A DNA stretch of 48,708 nucleotides from Hyphomicrobiales bacterium. Lineage in GTDB: Bacteria; Pseudomonadota; Alphaproteobacteria; Rhizobiales; Beijerinckiaceae. The stretch lies in the NCBI GenBank assembly GCA_028290125.1, contig JAQGKM010000133.1, positions 1 through 48,708 on the forward strand, given 5' to 3'. Made by a program: the position numbers and the translations under genes. The notes beneath the pieces were generated by a model. It was not told the DNA's origin, ran no database searches, and saw only the letters and a list, made by a program, of their open reading frames with translations. Shown here piece after piece: positions 41,259 to 48,708 of this stretch. Numbering within the stretch: the first letter of the stretch is position 1; every line of letters starts with the position of its first letter.

Positions 41259-41707
41259 TCCTGTTGTCGCGTCGCAGCCAACTGGCGATTGCCGCCGTCG
41301 TCGACGTCGCGCTGCACGCGCGTCCCTCGCCGGTCGCTGCGAAGGCGCTTGCTGCACGCCACAACCTGCCACCGCGTCACCTGGAGACGCTGCTGCAGGC
41401 GCTGGTGAAGGCAGGCATTCTGAAGGGCGTGCGAGGACCGCGAGGCGGGTATGAACTGGCTCGAGAGCGCCGGCGAATTTCTGCCGGCGAGATCGTACGG
41501 GCCGCCATGGCGGATGGTCTGGAGGAGGGCGTTGGGCCAGCGCCGGAGTCGAAACTCGTCGACGTCGTCATCCAGCCTTTGGTGGAGGTCGCAAGCCGGA
41601 GATTTCTGTCCGAACTCGACGCCGTCACGGTGGATGATCTCTGCCGCCGTGCTGGAGACCTGACGGTATTCGACGACCGGAAAGCCGGTGCGGATTTTAC
41701 AATCTGA
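41255..41707 (+). CDS. Rrf2-family transcriptional regulator (CymR-like, no Fe-S Cys triad)
   Basis: [30 protein letters not shown] is the Rrf2 winged helix; only one Cys; ends in DFTI. Confidence 0.9.
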   Translation: MILLSRRSQLAIAAVVDVALHARPSPVAAKALAARHNLPPRHLETLLQALVKAGILKGVRGPRGGYELARERRRISAGEIVRAAMADGLEEGVGPAPESKLVDVVIQPLVEVASRRFLSELDAVTVDDLCRRAGDLTVFDDRKAGADFTI

Positions 41708-41783
41708 AATCGGATAAGACAGAAAATATCGACGCATGGTGTGAAATCTGGTAGGGATAAACCAGCATCGAGGGAGATGACCC

Positions 41784-42755
<972 letters not shown>

Positions 42756-42773
42756 TCCGCTCTTCAATTGACC

Positions 42774-42800
42774 AAAGGGGCGCCCTACGGCGCCCCTTTT
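42774..42800 (+). terminator. Intrinsic terminator after cysK
   Basis: AAAGGGGCGCC-CTAC-GGCGCCCCTTTT hairpin with a T tract. Confidence 0.85.
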
Positions 42801-42852
42801 CATTTCTGCGTAGCTGTTCTAGCCCTAACGTCCCGAGCCGGCGGAGCGCAGC

Positions 42853-43632
42853 ATGTCTTACGAAACGGTCCTCACCGAAACCCACGGTCCTGTCCGCCTG
42901 ATCAAGCTGAACCGGCCCGAGGCGCTGAACGCCCTGAGCGTGCAGCTGATCAAGGATCTGAATGCGGCGCTCGACGAGGCCGAGACAGACAAGGCGATCC
43001 GCTGCCTGGTGCTCACCGGCTCGGAAAAGGCCTTCGCGGCCGGCGCCGACGTCAAGGAGATGCAGGGCCAATCCTATCTCGACGCCTACTTCGGCGATTT
43101 CGTCGCCAGCTGGGAGCGGATCACGCGGCTCCGCAAGCCGGTCTTGGCGGCGGTGTCGGGCTTCGCGCTCGGTGGCGGCTGCGAACTCGCCATGATGTGC
43201 GACTTCATCCTGGCGGCCGACACGGCAAAGTTCGGGCAGCCGGAAATCAAGCTCGGCATCCTGCCAGGCGCCGGCGGGACCCAGCGCCTGACGCGGCTGG
43301 TCGGAAAATCCAAAGCCATGGAAATGTGCCTGACCGGCCGGATGATGGACGCCGCCGAAGCGGAGCGCGCCGGCCTCGTGTCGCGCATTGTGCCGGCTGC
43401 AGACCTGGTCGCCGAGGCGATCCGCGTCGGACAGGCCATCGCCGGCATGTCCGCCTCCGCCGTCATGATGACCAAGGAATCGGTGGAACGCGCCTATGAG
43501 ACCAGCCTGAGTGAGGGCATCCGCTTCGAGCGCAGACTGTTTTACGCCACCTTCGCCACACCCGATCAGAAGGAAGGCATGCAGGCCTTCGTCGAGAAAC
43601 GCGCGCCAGACTTCCGCCGCGGCGAAGACTGA
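42853..43632 (+). CDS. Enoyl-CoA hydratase
   Basis: [52 protein letters not shown]. Confidence 0.94.
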   Translation: MSYETVLTETHGPVRLIKLNRPEALNALSVQLIKDLNAALDEAETDKAIRCLVLTGSEKAFAAGADVKEMQGQSYLDAYFGDFVASWERITRLRKPVLAAVSGFALGGGCELAMMCDFILAADTAKFGQPEIKLGILPGAGGTQRLTRLVGKSKAMEMCLTGRMMDAAEAERAGLVSRIVPAADLVAEAIRVGQAIAGMSASAVMMTKESVERAYETSLSEGIRFERRLFYATFATPDQKEGMQAFVEKRAPDFRRGED

Positions 43633-43654
43633 GCGAGAATCTGAGCGCTACGCA

Positions 43655-43684
43655 TTGACGCGAGCGACGCTTCACGTTTATAAG
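43655..43684 (+). promoter_or_regulatory. Putative sigma70 promoter of rpsT
   Basis: TTGACG (43655-43660) and TATAAG (43679-43684), 18-nt spacer. Confidence 0.55.
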
Positions 43685-43763
43685 CCGCAATCCGCCGTGC
43701 CCTCTGGGCGCGGGACCGAATTTACGGCCCTTCAACTCTGTGGCCGATCCTCGAGGAACACCA

Positions 43764-44030
43764 ATGGCGAATACCTCCTCGGCCAAGAAGGCCGTCCGCA
43801 AGATCGAGCGCCGCACGGCTGTGAACCGCGCGCGTCGCAGCCAGATGCGTACCTACGTCCGCAAGGTTGAAGAAGCGCTGGCCTCGGGCAACGCCGACGC
43901 CGCCAAGTCGGCTCTCGCCGACGCCGAGCCGCTCATGATGCGCGCTGCTCAGAAGGGCATCGTTCACAAGAACAACGCCTCGCGGAAGATCTCGCGCCTC
44001 ACGGTCCGCGTGAAGGCTCTCGCCCAGTAA
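43764..44030 (+). CDS. rpsT: 30S ribosomal protein S20
   Basis: [12 protein letters not shown]...[11 protein letters not shown]...[16 protein letters not shown]; GAGGA SD. Confidence 0.98.
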   Translation: MANTSSAKKAVRKIERRTAVNRARRSQMRTYVRKVEEALASGNADAAKSALADAEPLMMRAAQKGIVHKNNASRKISRLTVRVKALAQ

Positions 44031-44061
44031 GCTGTGAGCGAAAAATAGCCTGCACGTCTCT

Positions 44062-44089
44062 AAAAAGCCCGGCATTGCCGGGCTTTTTT
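44062..44089 (+). terminator. Intrinsic terminator after rpsT
   Basis: AAAAAGCCCGGCA-T-TGCCGGGCTTTTTT inverted repeat with a T6 tail. Confidence 0.9.
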
Positions 44090-44919
44090 GCATTTCAGGG
44101 CGTCGATTGCGACGAAGTCACAGCTTTCAGTATTTCTTTGCGCCGGGAATCCCAGCACAGCCGAAAGCGTTACGATTCAAGGGCTTGTAGGCAAAGCGTC
44201 AGTGGACGGCGATATTTCGACCCTTGACATTTCGTTAACGCGGGACTCGCCAAGCTTGACCACTTGCCGCAAGCTTGCCCTCATTCTCCATTAAGAATGT
44301 TTGTACTGTCCCGAAATCAGCATCTTACAGGGGTCAATCCAGATTCCGCGGAAGCTTTTGCGGGGCCGCAGAAATCGCAAAATGACGGGTCCGTGACAGA
44401 GCGTGTTGCGGAGGTTCGGAGCGGTGTGTAAGACTTTCTTCAGACAGGACGCACCTGCCGCGACGTAAGAAAAGCCATCGAAAATAAGAGGTTACGCCAA
44501 AAGTCTCGTATCACGCGAGCGGTGAAACCTTGAGGTGGGCCGTTGCGCGCAACGAACTGTCGAGGCTTGCTAGCGGCGGGCCTGGTAAGCGGCAGCTTAT
44601 ATCGATTTTGAGATTTTGGGACTGCGGCTGCGAGGCCGCAGAAGGGGGCATCATGACTTTTTGGCAGACATCGGAATATTCGAGCAACCTGGATCCGCTG
44701 GGGGCGGGTTTCGTTATCGATCACGAGTTCTGCGAGTTTTCGGTCCGTGTGCGCGTTCCGTGTGGCGTGGGCGTTTATGTCGCCCTGGAGTCCAATTCGC
44801 GCGCCTGAGTACGCGTGGACGCCTTGAGACGCCGCCTTACGGCGGAATGCTCGGCTTCCTGCGCTCAGGCTCTCCGTTCGAGGGCCACCTCGACGTTCAT
44901 GTGATCGAGAAGATTGAAA

Positions 44920-46461
44920 ATGCTCAAGCCACGCCTGGACTCGGTTCAGGCCGACTGCACCAAAATTGTCCGTTTCTCACCGGAGAGCTCTGAAAGACCC
45001 ACAAGCTCCAATCATTCCGAAGCCTGGCAGCGCGTCTGCCGTCGTCTGCGCGCCGAAGTCGGCGAAGATGTCTTCAATTCCTGGTTCGGGCGCCTCGAGC
45101 TCGACGAAATCCAAGATGATGTCGCGCGTCTCTCGGTGCCGACGAAGTTTCTGAAGAGCTGGATCCAGTCGCATTATACGGACCGGATCGTCACGGCCCT
45201 CGCCTCCGAGGTGCACGGTGTAGGCTCGCTCGCCATTGTGGTCCGCACATCGGGACGCGTGGTCGCTGCGCGGCCTGTGGAGCTTCCGGTTCTCGCCCGT
45301 TTTGAAGACGGCGCGCAACGTGTCGCGTCCAACCTTTTTGCCCCGCCCAGCGCCACGGCGCAAAGGCGTGAGCCGGAAACGATCGGCCGCGAGACAAAGC
45401 ACCTGGAAAGCGAAGCGCTGGGCGGTTCGCCGCTCGATCGCCGCCTGACGTTCGCAAGCTTCCTGGTCGGCAAGTCGAACCAGCTCGCCCACGCGGCTGC
45501 ACAACGGGTCGCGCAGGCGCCGGCATCCGAAGCGCCGCTTTATAACCCGCTTTATATCCATGCTTCTGTCGGGCTTGGGAAAACGCACCTGATCCAGGCC
45601 GTCGCCCATACGGCGACGGACGTCGGCCGCCGTGTCATCTATCTCACGGCCGAGAAGTTCATGTACGGCTTCGTGTCCGCCCTGAAGGCGCAGACGGCGA
45701 TTGCTTTCAAGGAGAAGCTCCGCGCAATCGACGTCCTCGTCATCGATGATGTGCAGTTCCTGCAAGGCAAGTCGATCCAGCAGGAGTTTTGCCACACGCT
45801 GAACGCGCTGATCGATGCTGGACGCCAGGTCGTCATCGCGGCCGACCGTCCTCCGTCGGAACTCGAGAGCCTCGACGAGCGCGTGCGCTCGCGCCTTGCT
45901 GGCGGTCTTTGCGTCGAGATGGGTTCGCTGGATGAAGCCCTGCGCGTGAAGATCCTCGAGACCCGCATCGCAGTCGCCCGTGCGTCTCAGCCGACCTTTG
46001 AGGTTCCGGCTGCCGTCGTGTCCTTTGTCGCGCGGTCGATCCAGACCAACGGCCGCGATCTCGACGGCGCCGTGAACCGCCTTCTTGCGCATGTCACGCT
46101 GACGGGCACAGCCCTGACGGTCGAAACCGCCGAGATTGCGATCCGGGATCTTGTCCGCACCCGTGAGCCGAAGCGCGTCAAGATCGAGGACATCCAGAAG
46201 CTGGTGGCGACGCATTTCAATGTGAGCCGCGCCGACATCCTGTCGTCGCGCAGAACCGCGACCGTGGTCCGCCCGAGGCAGATCGCCATGTATCTTGCCA
46301 AGGTCCTCACGCTGCGGTCGCTGCCGGAAATCGGCCGCCGCTTCGGCGGGCGCGATCACACCACGGTCCTGCATGCCGTGCGCAAGATCGAAGGGCTGGC
46401 GAACCAGGACAACCAGCTCTCGGAAGAGCTCGAACTCCTGAAGCGCATGCTGACCGACTGA
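44920..46461 (+). CDS. dnaA: Chromosomal replication initiator DnaA
   Basis: [62 protein letters not shown]. Start uncertain (TTG 44914 or ATG 44920). Confidence 0.97.
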   Translation: MLKPRLDSVQADCTKIVRFSPESSERPTSSNHSEAWQRVCRRLRAEVGEDVFNSWFGRLELDEIQDDVARLSVPTKFLKSWIQSHYTDRIVTALASEVHGVGSLAIVVRTSGRVVAARPVELPVLARFEDGAQRVASNLFAPPSATAQRREPETIGRETKHLESEALGGSPLDRRLTFASFLVGKSNQLAHAAAQRVAQAPASEAPLYNPLYIHASVGLGKTHLIQAVAHTATDVGRRVIYLTAEKFMYGFVSALKAQTAIAFKEKLRAIDVLVIDDVQFLQGKSIQQEFCHTLNALIDAGRQVVIAADRPPSELESLDERVRSRLAGGLCVEMGSLDEALRVKILETRIAVARASQPTFEVPAAVVSFVARSIQTNGRDLDGAVNRLLAHVTLTGTALTVETAEIAIRDLVRTREPKRVKIEDIQKLVATHFNVSRADILSSRRTATVVRPRQIAMYLAKVLTLRSLPEIGRRFGGRDHTTVLHAVRKIEGLANQDNQLSEELELLKRMLTD

Positions 46462-46495
46462 GGTCAGCAAGCGCGCGTGTCACTGCGCAGGATTG

Positions 46496-46531
46496 AAAAA
46501 GGGCCGCTGCGTCTCCGCAGCGGCCCTTTTT
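46496..46531. terminator. Bidirectional intrinsic terminator between convergent dnaA and typA
   Basis: AAAAAGGGCCGCTGCG-TCTC-CGCAGCGGCCCTTTTT: perfect stem with A5 and T5 flanks. Confidence 0.9.
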
Positions 46532-46559
46532 GTTGGTTTGTACCGAGGTCCGTCGCCGA

Positions 46560-48383
<1,824 letters not shown>

Positions 48384-48575
48384 GGGTCTGCCGGGGGTTC
48401 GGATCTGCGCCCCGGTCCATCCGGTGCGGTCGTGTCGAGTTCATCGGGCCCGGTCTTGAACTGGGACTCGCCAACTCGCGATCTCTGGAAAATGCGGCCT
48501 TAGGGCCGAACTTGGTGCGGTGCATACACGACATCCCCTCCTTTGGGAACCCGTGCGGGAAGAGGTCGCAGGCAC

Positions 48576-48605
48576 AAAAAAGGCCCCGCTTTTGTGCGGG
48601 GACTT
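48576..48605 (-). terminator. Intrinsic terminator after argG
   Basis: Minus strand reads AAGTCCCCGC-ACAAAA-GCGGGGCCTTTTTT (one mismatch in the stem). Confidence 0.7.
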
Positions 48606-48626
48606 CGGATATGAAAGGACGGATGC

Positions 48627-48708
48627 TCAGCCGCGCTGCTTGAGCTTGCCGAGTGTGCGGAGGCGCAGGGCATTGAGCTTGATGATGCCCGCCGCGTCCA
48701 GTTGATCG
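48627..48708 (-). CDS. argG: Argininosuccinate synthase, 3' end only (not in the ORF track)
   Basis: Minus-strand translation DQLDAAGIIKLNALRLRTLGKLKQRG* matches the ArgG C-terminal motif (Y)DQxDAxGFIxLNALRLR. Confidence 0.8.
   Translation of the reverse strand, partial: DQLDAAGIIKLNALRLRTLGKLKQRG

Noticed and set aside
44914-46461. dnaA lying ~43 kb from oriC and without adjacent dnaN-recF-gyrB
   Set aside because: Dispersal of these genes is normal in alphaproteobacteria.

Overview
A GC-rich alphaproteobacterial (Hyphomicrobiales/Rhizobiales-type) core-chromosome segment, almost entirely housekeeping genes. It carries the probable replication origin between divergent hemE and ppsR, with an AT-rich tract, DnaA-box-like 9-mers, a perfect CtrA box and GANTC sites. 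Gene order: rho(5' end)-hemJ-hemE | ppsR-maf-coaE-dnaQ | secB-fxsA | tim44-mltA-smr-XRE-adenosine kinase | coaA-hisE-hisF-hisA-hisH-DUF2628-hisB | hslVU-trpS-nfuA-tsaB-rimI-miaB-phoH-ybeY-corC-lnt-XRE-metK-trmB | M48 peptidase-phaZ | regB-regA | mmcB | aminotransferase-potF | tctC-mutM | ubiE-ubiB-coaBC-dut-rrf2-cysK-enoyl-CoA hydratase-rpsT-dnaA | typA-argG(3' end). I saw no mobile elements, CRISPR arrays, defence systems or RNA genes. The most interesting observations are (1) an Fe-S-less Rrf2 regulator beside cysK whose C-terminus (DFTI) resembles known CysK-docking peptides, suggesting a CymR-like cysteine-sensing complex, (2) a frameshift in lnt at a (GC)5 tract, (3) the origin architecture, (4) an MltA with no signal peptide, and (5) an ~880-bp unexplained region upstream of dnaA. 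All calls come from motif recognition and recalled gene order; no searches were run.
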